From an uncultured Nitrospina sp. (lineage in GTDB: Bacteria; Nitrospinota; Nitrospinia; Nitrospinales; VA-1), in the NCBI GenBank assembly GCA_964471995.1, contig CAYYIR010000001.1, positions 1-33,233 on the forward strand: a DNA stretch of 33,233 nucleotides, read 5' to 3'. Made by a program: the position numbers and the translations under genes. The first letter of the stretch is position 1. Each line of letters starts with the position of its first letter. Below, piece by piece: positions 18,528 through 27,495 of this stretch. Below the pieces are notes generated by a model that made no database searches, was not told the DNA's origin, and was given only the letters and a program-made list of their open reading frames with translations.

Positions 18528-19178
18528 TTATGGGCCTTTTGTGTAATCCAAGACTTCTGTATTAGGAGGTGCCTGGAATTGAAAGGTTCTTTCAGGAATG
18601 TTTATATTAATTTTTATATTACTAAAGCGAATTTCTGTTTTATTTCCTAATTTATCATACACGGTTGATCCCGTAATCTGGAAGTTTTTCTTGTCTGCGA
18701 ATAATTGCAATCGCTTTAACGCTTGATCTTCTTCCTTTGGACTGAGTGTGATACTAAGAGGATTTATATTTACATTTTCAATATTAAAAATATGAGTCAA
18801 TTTTTCTTGCCCGGCCAAAAAAAGTGCAGGAGTGTTTGCAGAATATATGCTTTCAATAGGTACCTTGGTAACTTGATTTTCTTCGGAAACATAATGCCAA
18901 AGTATTTTTCCATTGCTGATTAAGACTTGAGTGTCCGGTAAACCATAGACCCATTTCATCTTTCCTGGTTTTTTAATTTGAACTTTACCTTTTGTTTTAT
19001 GGGCTTTATCCATCATTTTAACGTAGGATCGTTGAGTGAAATCGGCTTCAAAGGTTAAGATGTTTTCGTACTTTTGCTGAACAGCATCCAAAGCTTGTTG
19101 CTCTGGAGTTTCTGCGTAGCCTAAATGCCCATTTAACAAGATAAGGATATATATTATAAGCTTGTTAATCTGAGTCAA
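18528..19178 (-). CDS. lolA: Outer-membrane lipoprotein carrier protein LolA family
   Basis: Contains FEADFTQRSY, KGKVQIKKPGKMKWVY and QVLISNGKILWHY. The track ORF opens at GTG 19208 inside purN. TTG at 19178, 1 nt after the purN stop, gives a clean signal peptide (TQINKLIIYILILLNGHLGYA/ETP). Confidence 0.8.
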   Translation of the reverse strand: MTQINKLIIYILILLNGHLGYAETPEQQALDAVQQKYENILTFEADFTQRSYVKMMDKAHKTKGKVQIKKPGKMKWVYGLPDTQVLISNGKILWHYVSEENQVTKVPIESIYSANTPALFLAGQEKLTHIFNIENVNINPLSITLSPKEEDQALKRLQLFADKKNFQITGSTVYDKLGNKTEIRFSNIKININIPERTFQFQAPPNTEVLDYTKGP

Positions 19179-19179
19179 T

Positions 19180-19803
19180 TTAACTTCCCTTTGTTTTATG
19201 TAAAACACGCCGGCCGGAAATCATAAGTTTTTTTTCTATTAAAAGTCGAATTGCCTTTGAATAAATGATGTGTTCTTGCTTGAGAATTCGCTCTGAAAGC
19301 GAATTGGCATCGTCTTCATCTAAAATGGGAACAGTGGATTGCAAAATTATTGGACCTCCATCTACTTCTTCATTCACGAAGTGAACCGTACAACCTGAAA
19401 ACTTTGCTCCATGTTCCAAGGCTTTTTTTTGTACGTTCAAACCAGGAAATGCAGGGAGTAATGAAGGGTGGATATTTATAATTTTCTTGGGAAAAGCTTG
19501 TATGAACTTTTTGCCAAGTATTTGCATAAAACCAGCTAGGCAGATTAAATCTATGGATTTAGACTGTAAAATCTCAATCATTTTAAGCTCATAATCATCT
19601 CGATTTGGAAAGATTTTGGGATCCAAAAAAACAGTATCCAAGCCATGTTTTTTTCCTCGATCCAATGCAAAAGCATTTTTTACATTGCTAAATACCAATG
19701 CTATATCTGCAGACAAAAGATTACTTTCTATATTGTCAATGATAGCTTGCAGATTGGATCCGTGGCCGGAGACTAAAACGGCAAGTTTAAATTTTTCTGG
19801 CAT
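19180..19803 (-). CDS. purN: Phosphoribosylglycinamide formyltransferase
   Basis: Contains LAVLVSGHGSNLQAIID, INIHPSLLPAFPG and GCTVHFVNEEVDGGPII. Confidence 0.93.
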   Translation of the reverse strand: MPEKFKLAVLVSGHGSNLQAIIDNIESNLLSADIALVFSNVKNAFALDRGKKHGLDTVFLDPKIFPNRDDYELKMIEILQSKSIDLICLAGFMQILGKKFIQAFPKKIINIHPSLLPAFPGLNVQKKALEHGAKFSGCTVHFVNEEVDGGPIILQSTVPILDEDDANSLSERILKQEHIIYSKAIRLLIEKKLMISGRRVLHKTKGS

Positions 19804-19881
19804 TTAAAAAAGTGGCAACTAAATTAAACAAAAAAGAAGTGGCTCACAAGCTAATATAAGCTAGGGCCAAAAAATATAGTG

Positions 19882-22089
19882 TTAGTTTTTTCCTATTAAA
19901 CTGTCGCGAATTATTTTAAGAAGGCCTACGTTTTGAGTGTGACCCGATTTGCTGGCTTTTATTTTTCCGCGGATGGGTTTTCCTAATAAATAAAAATCGC
20001 CCAAAATATCAAGAATTTTATGGCGAGCGAATTCATCTTCAAACCGCAATTTAGTGTTTAAAACCTTTTTGTCTCCTAACAAAATAAAATTATCGAGCTT
20101 TCCACCTGAGGCGTAACCCATTTTGGTTAATTGTGCGACTTCTTCCATAAACCCAAAAGTTCGAGCTGGGGCAATTTCTTTTTTAAAACTTTCATCACCT
20201 TGATATTCATAAGTAAAATCTTGGATTCCTATGGGTTCGGGATATTCCATATGGTAACTAACTGAAAAATTTTCGCTAGGTTCAATAGAAATATAGGGTT
20301 CACCTTTATCTTTATTTCCAAAGGAGTAACGTTTGTCTACAATTATTTCTTCGTAGAAATCGTCTTGGTCTTCAAATTCTCCATCTTCCAAAAGTTCGCA
20401 AAAATCCTTTGCGGAACCATCCATTACCGGGGCTTCATCGCCAATTTTTATGAGAAGATTGGTAACTCGGTACATGTGCAAAGTGGCCATAATATGTTCA
20501 ATAGTGCCCACTGAGTTAGCCCCTTTTTTTAGGCAAGTCGAATAATCTGTTGATTGGACATTTTCTAGTTGGGCAGGGATTGTTTTTCCCGACCCTATAT
20601 CACCAAAGATTATTCCACTTCCAGGCGGCATGGGTTGTAATATCAGCCCGGTTTTTATCCCAGAATGTAAACTGCTACCACAAAGAACAACACTTCGCCT
20701 TAAAGTTCTTTGTGGATATCTTTTCTGTGTAGGGGTGGTCTCGGCCTTTTTTATTTTAATGGAATGGTATTTAAGTTTTTCGTTAAATCGTTTCTTTTCT
20801 GTTTTTAAATTCTTACAGGTTTTATCTATGTCCCAATTATTCTGTTTTAAATTGTAGAGAATAAAGTGTTTTTCCCATATAGACTCTGCTTCCTCAAGGG
20901 AGCCTGCTTGATTGAAACTTCTAATATCTATAAGATTTTGTGGTTGCCAAATTTTTGAAGGCAAGTCCTGAATACTAATAGTATTTTGATTGGCACATAT
21001 GAGTACTAGTTTTTCCAAAACACTACGAAGTTCTTTGATGTTTCCAGGCCAGTTATATCTACGAAGTGCGGTCAAGGCTTCATCTTCAATATTTGGAACA
21101 TTGATATTTTGGCGGCGTCTTGTTTCTTTAAGGAATTCCTCTACAATTGCAGGAATGCTGGTTGAGTAATTTCTTAAGGGTTGAACGAGAAGACTAGTTT
21201 CTTTAAAACAATCAAGTAAAAGTTGGTTGAACTGGCCCTTAGCCGCTAGATCTTCAAGGTTTTCCGAAGAGGAAATAAATAAACGATCGGGTAAGAATTC
21301 AAAATTTAAATCTTTGATATTTGTACTCTGCAAAACTTCCGCTAATTTTTCCTGAAGACCCATGCTGAGAGATTCAATATTACTTAAAAAAACGACTTTT
21401 TTTCCTAGAGCCTGATTATTTTTAGTTTTACTGTTTTTTTCTTTTCGTTTGAAAAGCTGCGATTGAATAGCCTGTTTTTTTCGGAATAAGCAATTTAATT
21501 TTATAAAAGGCAAATCGCTTTTTTTACTTTGGGCATGAATAGTGCGGGCCACTGCTTCCTTGCCTGTCCCGTTTTCTCCTAGTAGAAAAACAGGTTTCAT
21601 GTGTTTAGAAAAAGACTTGATACCCTTTTTAACGTCTAGCATCGATTCAAAGCAGATAGGAAGTTCTTGCAAAGAATGAGAGTGGTTGAATTCTTTTGAG
21701 GTGTAAGAATTTCTTTCCTGAAGGACATTTTGAATTGACTCAGTAATGCGGTCGAGTGAAAAAGGTTTTTCAATGAAATCTTGGGCGCCTAGTTTAGTAG
21801 CCTTTACAGCAGTATCAATAGTGCCATGACCTGACATAATTAAAACTTCTACTCCGGAATTGTAAGTTTTTAAAGTTTTTAAAACTTCGATTCCATCCAT
21901 GCCGGGCAGCCATATATCTAGTAAAACTAGATCTGGGGGATCTTTTTGAATTATTTCTAATGCTTCCACCCCGTTACTTGTCGTAGAAATCTCATATCCT
22001 TCATCAGACAGGATTCCGATGAGGGAGCTGACAATATTTTTTTCATCATCAACAATAAGAATTCGTTCTTTAGGCAAATTTCGCTCCAA
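19882..22089 (-). CDS. lpxC: Four-module fusion: response-regulator receiver, degenerate NtrC-type AAA+ core, Fis-like HTH, and full-length UDP-3-O-acyl-N-acetylglucosamine deacetylase (LpxC)
   Basis: REC (about 21715..22065): ILIVDDE, LLDIWLPGMDG, IMSGHG, EKPF. AAA+ (about 20935..21640): Walker A GENGTGKE is kept. GAFTGA, Walker B (VFLSNI) and the Arg-finger stretch are lost. HTH: WEKHFILYNLKQNNWDIDKTCKNLKTEKKRFNEKLK. LpxC (residues 460-735, 19885..20712): QRTLRRSVVLCGSSLHSG, TIEHIMATL, PVMDGSA, ARTFGFMEE, GGKLDN, FARHKILDILGD, KSGHTQN. There is no ATG before the REC domain; the start is TTG at 22089, or TTG at 22077 which has GGAG 5 nt upstream. Confidence 0.85.
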   Translation of the reverse strand: MERNLPKERILIVDDEKNIVSSLIGILSDEGYEISTTSNGVEALEIIQKDPPDLVLLDIWLPGMDGIEVLKTLKTYNSGVEVLIMSGHGTIDTAVKATKLGAQDFIEKPFSLDRITESIQNVLQERNSYTSKEFNHSHSLQELPICFESMLDVKKGIKSFSKHMKPVFLLGENGTGKEAVARTIHAQSKKSDLPFIKLNCLFRKKQAIQSQLFKRKEKNSKTKNNQALGKKVVFLSNIESLSMGLQEKLAEVLQSTNIKDLNFEFLPDRLFISSSENLEDLAAKGQFNQLLLDCFKETSLLVQPLRNYSTSIPAIVEEFLKETRRRQNINVPNIEDEALTALRRYNWPGNIKELRSVLEKLVLICANQNTISIQDLPSKIWQPQNLIDIRSFNQAGSLEEAESIWEKHFILYNLKQNNWDIDKTCKNLKTEKKRFNEKLKYHSIKIKKAETTPTQKRYPQRTLRRSVVLCGSSLHSGIKTGLILQPMPPGSGIIFGDIGSGKTIPAQLENVQSTDYSTCLKKGANSVGTIEHIMATLHMYRVTNLLIKIGDEAPVMDGSAKDFCELLEDGEFEDQDDFYEEIIVDKRYSFGNKDKGEPYISIEPSENFSVSYHMEYPEPIGIQDFTYEYQGDESFKKEIAPARTFGFMEEVAQLTKMGYASGGKLDNFILLGDKKVLNTKLRFEDEFARHKILDILGDFYLLGKPIRGKIKASKSGHTQNVGLLKIIRDSLIGKN

Positions 22090-22094
22090 ATGTT

Positions 22095-22745
22095 TTAGGT
22101 GACCGAACTGACAGTTCCCAGTCGCATGTATTCTAGATAAAATATTTTTTCACCTGCATTGATAAAGTTTTTTTCGTACTTTGTTTTTGGCAGATCTATT
22201 CTCTCTTTTAGAAAGCCTTGTTGACTATCAATATTTTGAAATAATTTCTCTGCGTTAAAATATTCAAGTATTTCGAGCGCATAGCTTTCGTTATCTGTCG
22301 CTAAATAGGTTATTCCTTCTAAATTCAGTTTTTGTGCTAATTGCTTAATGAATTCGGGTTTAATAAGTCTTCTTTTGAAATGCCTTTTTTTCGGCCAAGG
22401 ATCCGGAAAATTTATGTAAACAGTGTTTAACTCTCTATCTTTAAAAAGCATGGGTATTTTACTTCTAATATCCCCATACACCACCCTTATATTTTCTAGT
22501 TGAAGCTTTTTAATGCGGGTCATCAATTTTCTTATCCCCTTATGATAAAAGTCTATCCCGATAAAATTACTGGCGGGCTCTTTGGCTGCCATTTCAATCA
22601 GAAAGTTTCCCATTCCAAAGCCAATTTCCAATTTAATAGGGTTTGTGTTTCCAAATTGGGATTGCCAATTTGGCCTTTTATCTACGTCCAAAAAATAAGG
22701 GTCTTCTTCTGCAATTTCTGAAAATGATATTAGAGGTTTTGCCAT
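22095..22745 (-). CDS. trmB: tRNA (guanine(46)-N7)-methyltransferase
   Basis: Contains LEIGFGMGNFLIEMA, IGIDFY and YINFPDPWPKKRHFKRRL. Confidence 0.9.
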   Translation of the reverse strand: MAKPLISFSEIAEEDPYFLDVDKRPNWQSQFGNTNPIKLEIGFGMGNFLIEMAAKEPASNFIGIDFYHKGIRKLMTRIKKLQLENIRVVYGDIRSKIPMLFKDRELNTVYINFPDPWPKKRHFKRRLIKPEFIKQLAQKLNLEGITYLATDNESYALEILEYFNAEKLFQNIDSQQGFLKERIDLPKTKYEKNFINAGEKIFYLEYMRLGTVSSVT

Positions 22746-22756
22746 TAGTCTTAAAC

Positions 22757-23242
22757 TTAATTCTCTCCATCTGGATCATCATGAATCGTTATCACTTTTA
22801 ACACTTCAAACTCCAATTTATTGTCGGGGAGCGGGATAATAACGTCATCTCCCTGCTGTTTGCCCACAAGAGCCCGACCTACAGGTGATGCTGCAGATAG
22901 TTTTCTTTCATCAGGATTGACCTCTTCTGGGAAAACCAGTTGAAACTTTTTTTCTTCGCCGGAGTTAAGGTCACGAAGAAAAAGAATGCTGCCAAGGCCG
23001 GAGCGGTCATTGGGGATTTTGCCTAGGTCAATTGAAGTGATATCACTAATTCTTTTTTGTAGAAGGGACACTCTTGACTCAAGGAACATTTGTCTTTCTT
23101 TGGCAGCTTTAAATTCTGCATTTTCGCTTAAGTCACCATGCTCGCGTGCGGTTTTTAAAGCTTTAGGTATATCTACTTGTAATTCTCTCTGGGATTCTTT
23201 TAATTCCTTATCCAGTTTGTCCAATATGGGAAGTCGCGTCAT
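22757..23242 (-). CDS. greA: Transcription elongation factor GreA
   Basis: 161 aa. N-terminal coiled coil includes AREHGDLSENAEFKAAKERQ. The C-terminal globular domain includes SPVGRALVGKQQGD. Confidence 0.92.
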   Translation of the reverse strand: MTRLPILDKLDKELKESQRELQVDIPKALKTAREHGDLSENAEFKAAKERQMFLESRVSLLQKRISDITSIDLGKIPNDRSGLGSILFLRDLNSGEEKKFQLVFPEEVNPDERKLSAASPVGRALVGKQQGDDVIIPLPDNKLEFEVLKVITIHDDPDGEN

Positions 23243-23447
23243 AGAAAATTTATCTCAAGAAAAATATTATTTTATTATTATTTACCCTTGGGCCTTTTAA
23301 CACTAAAATCATTTTTGGTTATTTTTTAAAAGTTTTTAAGGGGTGTAATTTAAGTATGCAGAGAATAGTATGTTGGATCTGGTATGCTAACCTTAAAAAT
23401 TTTCCTAAATCATTTAAATGAAACCCCTTAGATAGAAAAGGCAACTT

Positions 23448-23477
23448 ATTGTATGGGTTGAATTGCTTTTCGGTCAA
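23448..23477 (-). promoter_or_regulatory. Candidate sigma70-type promoter for greA and the downstream array
   Basis: Minus strand reads TTGACC (23477..23472), an 18 nt spacer, then TACAAT (23453..23448). This implies a greA leader of about 200 nt. Confidence 0.35.
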
Positions 23478-23524
23478 CATAAATTTCCACCTTTGAAATT
23501 TAAGGAGCAACTTGCCTTAAAATC

Positions 23525-23554
23525 TTGACTTATAAAAAAATAAATGGATAGAAT
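23525..23554 (+). promoter_or_regulatory. Candidate sigma70-type promoter facing the oxoprolinase gene
   Basis: TTGACT (23525..23530), an 18 nt spacer, then TAGAAT (23549..23554). It is back-to-back with the minus-strand candidate and implies a 5' leader of about 265 nt. Confidence 0.3.
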
Positions 23555-23826
23555 CCAAAATTATCTTAAGCAGCTCCTTAATTTTAACAACAGAGGTAGC
23601 AGAGAGCTTCGTTAGTTCTTGCTTTTGGATAATGGGTTAGAGAAATCCTTCTAAAACTTTAAAAAAACAATGGTTATTTATCGCTTTTGTCCGATGCTTT
23701 TTTAGGTCTTAAAAAGCTGAAAAAATTATACCAATAGTTCTAATGAGAGAAGCTAAGGATTTATTCAGACTGAGCAGGTATTAACAGATAAAATTAAAAG
23801 GTTTTTTAATAGCTTGACTTTTGGCG

Positions 23827-26800
23827 ATGATTGATCCTAATTCATTCCGGTTTTCCATAGACCGTGGCGGTACTTTCACCGATATTTATGCAGAAGTACC
23901 TGGTGAGCCTGGATTTAAAGTTTTAAAGCTCCTTTCAGAAAACCCGAAACGATATCTTGATGCGCCTATCGAGGGGATGCGTCAAATTATTCAAGAAGTT
24001 ACTGGTAAACCTATTTCTTCGGAAAACTTACCTTCCGAGTTAATCGAATGGGTTCGTATGGGTACCACCCTTGCGACCAACGCCTTCATTGAAAGAAAGG
24101 GAACGAGGACTGCGCTCGTTATTACAAAAGGCTTTCGTGATTTGCTTCAGATAGGAAAGCAAAATCGTCCTAAAATCTTTAAGTTAAAAATTGAAAAACC
24201 TTGTCCCATTTATGAAGCGGTTCTTGAAATAGATGAGAGAGTTCGTATTCTTCCTGCAAATGAAGTGGAGGTTTTGCGTGAACCAGATGTTGTAGATATA
24301 AAAGAGCAGCTATCCAAAATTCGACAATGCGGGGTCGAAAGTCTGGCGATTGTTTTCATGCATGCTTATGTCTTTCCAGATCATGAGAAAATTGTAAAAG
24401 CATTGGCGCAAGAATGTGGATTTAAAAATATTTCTCTTTCCAGTGAAGTTCTTTCCCAAATCAAATTTGTAGACCGTGGCCAAACCACTTGTCTTGATGC
24501 CTATTTAAACCTGCCTATACAAAATTATTTAAAAAATTTTAACCAGATATTTTCAAAAAAACCTTTGTTTGTTATGCAATCCGATGGAGGAATGGTGGAA
24601 CCTGATTCTGTTTTTGGTTGTCGCGTTTTACTATCAGGTCCTGCTGGAGGTGTTGTGGGCTATGCACAATCCGTTTACGAAAATTGTGGTAATCGCCCGA
24701 TTATTGGGTTTGACATGGGAGGAACTTCCACTGATGTTTCACGGTTTGGTGGGGAATATGAATGGAGTTATGAAAATGAAATTGCTGGAGTGCCGGTTCA
24801 AGTGCCGCAATTAAATATCGTTACCGTTGCGGCTGGTGGTGGGTCTCGATTATTTTTTGAAAATGGAATGTTTCAGGTGGGACCTGAATCTTCTGGTTCC
24901 TATCCTGGTCCTGTCTGTTACCGCAACGGGGGCCCTCTCTCCCTCACCGATGCCAACTTGGTTTTAGGTAGGTTGCCGAATTTTCCAAAAGTATTCGGAG
25001 AAAAAGGTGATCAAGCCCTTGATAAAGAAAAAGCGCTAAAATCGTTTAAAGAACTGTCAGAAGATATTTCCAAAGAAACCGGGCAAATAAAAACAATGGA
25101 AAAAACCGCTCTAGGTTTCATTGAAGTCGCTAATGGAAATATGATCCGTCCCATTCATGAAATCTCAACAGCTAGAGGCTTTGATATTCGTGATCATGTG
25201 CTCGCTTGTTTTGGTGGTGCAGGGGGACAGCATGCTTGTGCCATAGCAAAATCCCTTGGAATAAAACGAGTTTTTGTTCACCGATTTTCAGGAATCCTTT
25301 CTGCCTATGGGATGGGCCTTGCTAACACCACTGTCGAAAAACAAGAAACAGTTTTCTTTGAAATAAGTGAAGACATTCCTAATGAACTTATTTGCAAAAT
25401 TGAAGAGTTGGCTGAGTCAGTTCGTGAGGAAATGGACAGCAAGAACGAAATGGAAGTTGATGTGCAAAAGTTTTTAAACATAAGGTTGGAGGGCTCTGAT
25501 ACGACATTAATGGTTCGCCTGATACCAGAAAAAAACATAGTAGAAGAATTTAAAAGAAACTATCAAAGGGAGTTTGGGTTTAATCCAAGGGACAGAAAGA
25601 TTCAGGTACAAGACATTCGAGTTCGCGGGGAAGGAAAATTACCAAAACCCGTAAAAACAAAAATCAGTAAGAAATATAAACAGGTTCAGCCTGTTTCCAT
25701 TCATCAATGTTATTTTGAAGATAGTTGGCTAGACACTCCAGTTTATAAAGGCGAATTCCTGGGGGCAGGAAATATGCTTTTGGGCCCAGCAATAATTTTA
25801 CAAGAAACATCTACAATTTTGATAGAGCCTGATTGTAAGGCTAAAGTGAATAACTATGGTGATATTGAAATTGAAGTAGGGCAACTTAAAGAAAAAAGTA
25901 AGAGTGTGAATTTAGATCCCGTGCAACTTGCTTTATTTGGTTCGCGTTTCATGTCGATTGCAGAACAAATGGGGCGTGTCCTGCAAAGAACAGCTGTTTC
26001 TATCAATATCAAGGAAAGATTGGATTTTTCCTGCGCAATATTTGATCCCGAAGGTGGTCTGGTTGCTAATGCTCCTCATCAACCTGTGCATTTAGGGGCA
26101 ATGGGAGATGCCGTAAAAAAACAGGTTGAACTAAATGGCATAAATCCGGGGGAAGTTTGGATGACCAATCATCCGGAAGTTGGTGGTAGTCATTTGCCCG
26201 ATATAACGGTAATAACTCCTGTGTTAAAGGATGGCAGGCCAATTTTTTTTGTAGCAAATAGGGGGCACCATACAGACGTTGGTGGTATTACTCCTGGTTC
26301 CATGCCGTCCTTTTCAAAAACTTTGAAGGAAGAAGGTGCCTGTATAAAAACTTTTAAACTGGTTCAAGGTGAAGAGTTTCAGGAAGAGAAGATTAAAAGT
26401 ATTTTACAAAAGGCGGGTGCGCGTTCCCTTTCTGATAACATTTCTGATCTTAAAGCGCAGTTGGCTGCTAACCAAAAAGGAATTGTCCTTTTAAATGAAT
26501 TGATCGAATCGCATTCTTTAAGGGTAGTCCAGGCTTATATGCAGCATTTGCAAGATAACGCAAGTAATAGTGTTCGTGCGTTATTAAGATCACTATGCGG
26601 TGATAAAGATAAAATACAGTTTTGGGCAAAAGATTTTTTAGATAACGGTAGTGCGATTCATTTGAATTTGACGGTTAAAAAGAAAACAGGGGAATGCTTA
26701 TTTGATTTTTCTAAAACTTCGAAGCAATTGTCGGGAAATCTCAACGTTCCTAAAGCCGTGACGCGTTCTGCGATTCTTTATTGCCTGCGTTGCCTAATTG

Positions 26801-27435
26801 ATAGTGATATCCCCTTAAATCAGGGGTGTCTGAATCCCATTAAAATATTAATCGAAGAAGGATCCTTACTTTCACCGACTCAAGATGCAGCGGTGGTCGC
26901 AGGCAATGTGTTGACTTCACAACGTATTGTTGATGTGATTTTTAAAGCGTTGGGTAGTTGTGCAGCTTCACAAGGTTGTATGAACAACTTCACTTTTGGT
27001 AATGAAATGTTTGCCTATTATGAGACAATCGGCGGCGGTGCAGGGGCAGGCCCAGACTGGCATGGTCAGTCTGGTGTACACTCGCATATGACCAATACTA
27101 GAATCACCGATCCAGAAGTGTTCGAAAAACGCTACCCTGTTCTACTCCGCGAATTTTCAATACGCAAAAACTCTGGAGGCAAAGGAAAATTTACCGGTGG
27201 TGACGGACTCATAAGGGAAATAGAATTTCTTGAACCGTTAACCGTAACGATTCTTTCCGAGAGAAGAGTATTTGCTCCTTACGGATTAAACGGCGGTGAA
27301 CCTGGTGCAAGGGGAAAGAACCTTAAGATTACGAAAGATGGCACTGAAAGCGACCTAGGTGGTAAAAACACATTCCAAGCTGAACCCGGCGACCGCATCC
27401 GCATTTTAACTCCAGGCGCAGGTGGAGTGGGCTAA
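23827..27435 (+). CDS. ATP-dependent 5-oxoprolinase / hydantoinase A-B fusion (single-chain, OPLAH-like)
   Basis: About 1200 aa. The N-terminus [20 protein letters not shown] is hydantoinase_A/oxoprolinase-like. The C-terminal half ([44 protein letters not shown] ... [11 protein letters not shown]) is hydantoinase_B-like. The track ORF opens at TTG 23821; ATG 23827 is preferred. Confidence 0.88.
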   Translation: MIDPNSFRFSIDRGGTFTDIYAEVPGEPGFKVLKLLSENPKRYLDAPIEGMRQIIQEVTGKPISSENLPSELIEWVRMGTTLATNAFIERKGTRTALVITKGFRDLLQIGKQNRPKIFKLKIEKPCPIYEAVLEIDERVRILPANEVEVLREPDVVDIKEQLSKIRQCGVESLAIVFMHAYVFPDHEKIVKALAQECGFKNISLSSEVLSQIKFVDRGQTTCLDAYLNLPIQNYLKNFNQIFSKKPLFVMQSDGGMVEPDSVFGCRVLLSGPAGGVVGYAQSVYENCGNRPIIGFDMGGTSTDVSRFGGEYEWSYENEIAGVPVQVPQLNIVTVAAGGGSRLFFENGMFQVGPESSGSYPGPVCYRNGGPLSLTDANLVLGRLPNFPKVFGEKGDQALDKEKALKSFKELSEDISKETGQIKTMEKTALGFIEVANGNMIRPIHEISTARGFDIRDHVLACFGGAGGQHACAIAKSLGIKRVFVHRFSGILSAYGMGLANTTVEKQETVFFEISEDIPNELICKIEELAESVREEMDSKNEMEVDVQKFLNIRLEGSDTTLMVRLIPEKNIVEEFKRNYQREFGFNPRDRKIQVQDIRVRGEGKLPKPVKTKISKKYKQVQPVSIHQCYFEDSWLDTPVYKGEFLGAGNMLLGPAIILQETSTILIEPDCKAKVNNYGDIEIEVGQLKEKSKSVNLDPVQLALFGSRFMSIAEQMGRVLQRTAVSINIKERLDFSCAIFDPEGGLVANAPHQPVHLGAMGDAVKKQVELNGINPGEVWMTNHPEVGGSHLPDITVITPVLKDGRPIFFVANRGHHTDVGGITPGSMPSFSKTLKEEGACIKTFKLVQGEEFQEEKIKSILQKAGARSLSDNISDLKAQLAANQKGIVLLNELIESHSLRVVQAYMQHLQDNASNSVRALLRSLCGDKDKIQFWAKDFLDNGSAIHLNLTVKKKTGECLFDFSKTSKQLSGNLNVPKAVTRSAILYCLRCLIDSDIPLNQGCLNPIKILIEEGSLLSPTQDAAVVAGNVLTSQRIVDVIFKALGSCAASQGCMNNFTFGNEMFAYYETIGGGAGAGPDWHGQSGVHSHMTNTRITDPEVFEKRYPVLLREFSIRKNSGGKGKFTGGDGLIREIEFLEPLTVTILSERRVFAPYGLNGGEPGARGKNLKITKDGTESDLGGKNTFQAEPGDRIRILTPGAGGVG

Positions 27436-27495
27436 AGGTTTTGATATTCTTTTTCCTTGGGCAAATCCAGTTGTGGGGCACGCGGCATAACAGGG

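Noticed and set aside
19882-22089. Alternative reading of the REC-LpxC ORF as two adjacent genes (an NtrC-like regulator plus stand-alone lpxC)
   Set aside because: The frame is continuous. There is no stop codon and no in-frame ATG, GTG or TTG, and no SD, in the ~25 codons before the QRTL start of the LpxC module. A sequencing indel cannot be excluded without reads, so this remains the main caveat of the finding.
23319-23510. 63-aa minus-strand ORF in the greA-oxoprolinase spacer
   Set aside because: It has no SD and no recognisable motif. Its start lies upstream of the best minus-strand promoter candidate (23448-23477). It is more likely non-coding leader or promoter DNA.
23670-23705. 11-codon mini-ORF (MVIYRFCPMLF) in the putative oxoprolinase leader
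   Set aside because: It has no SD, being preceded only by an A-run, and its codon content is not linked to the downstream pathway. It is too short to distinguish from chance.
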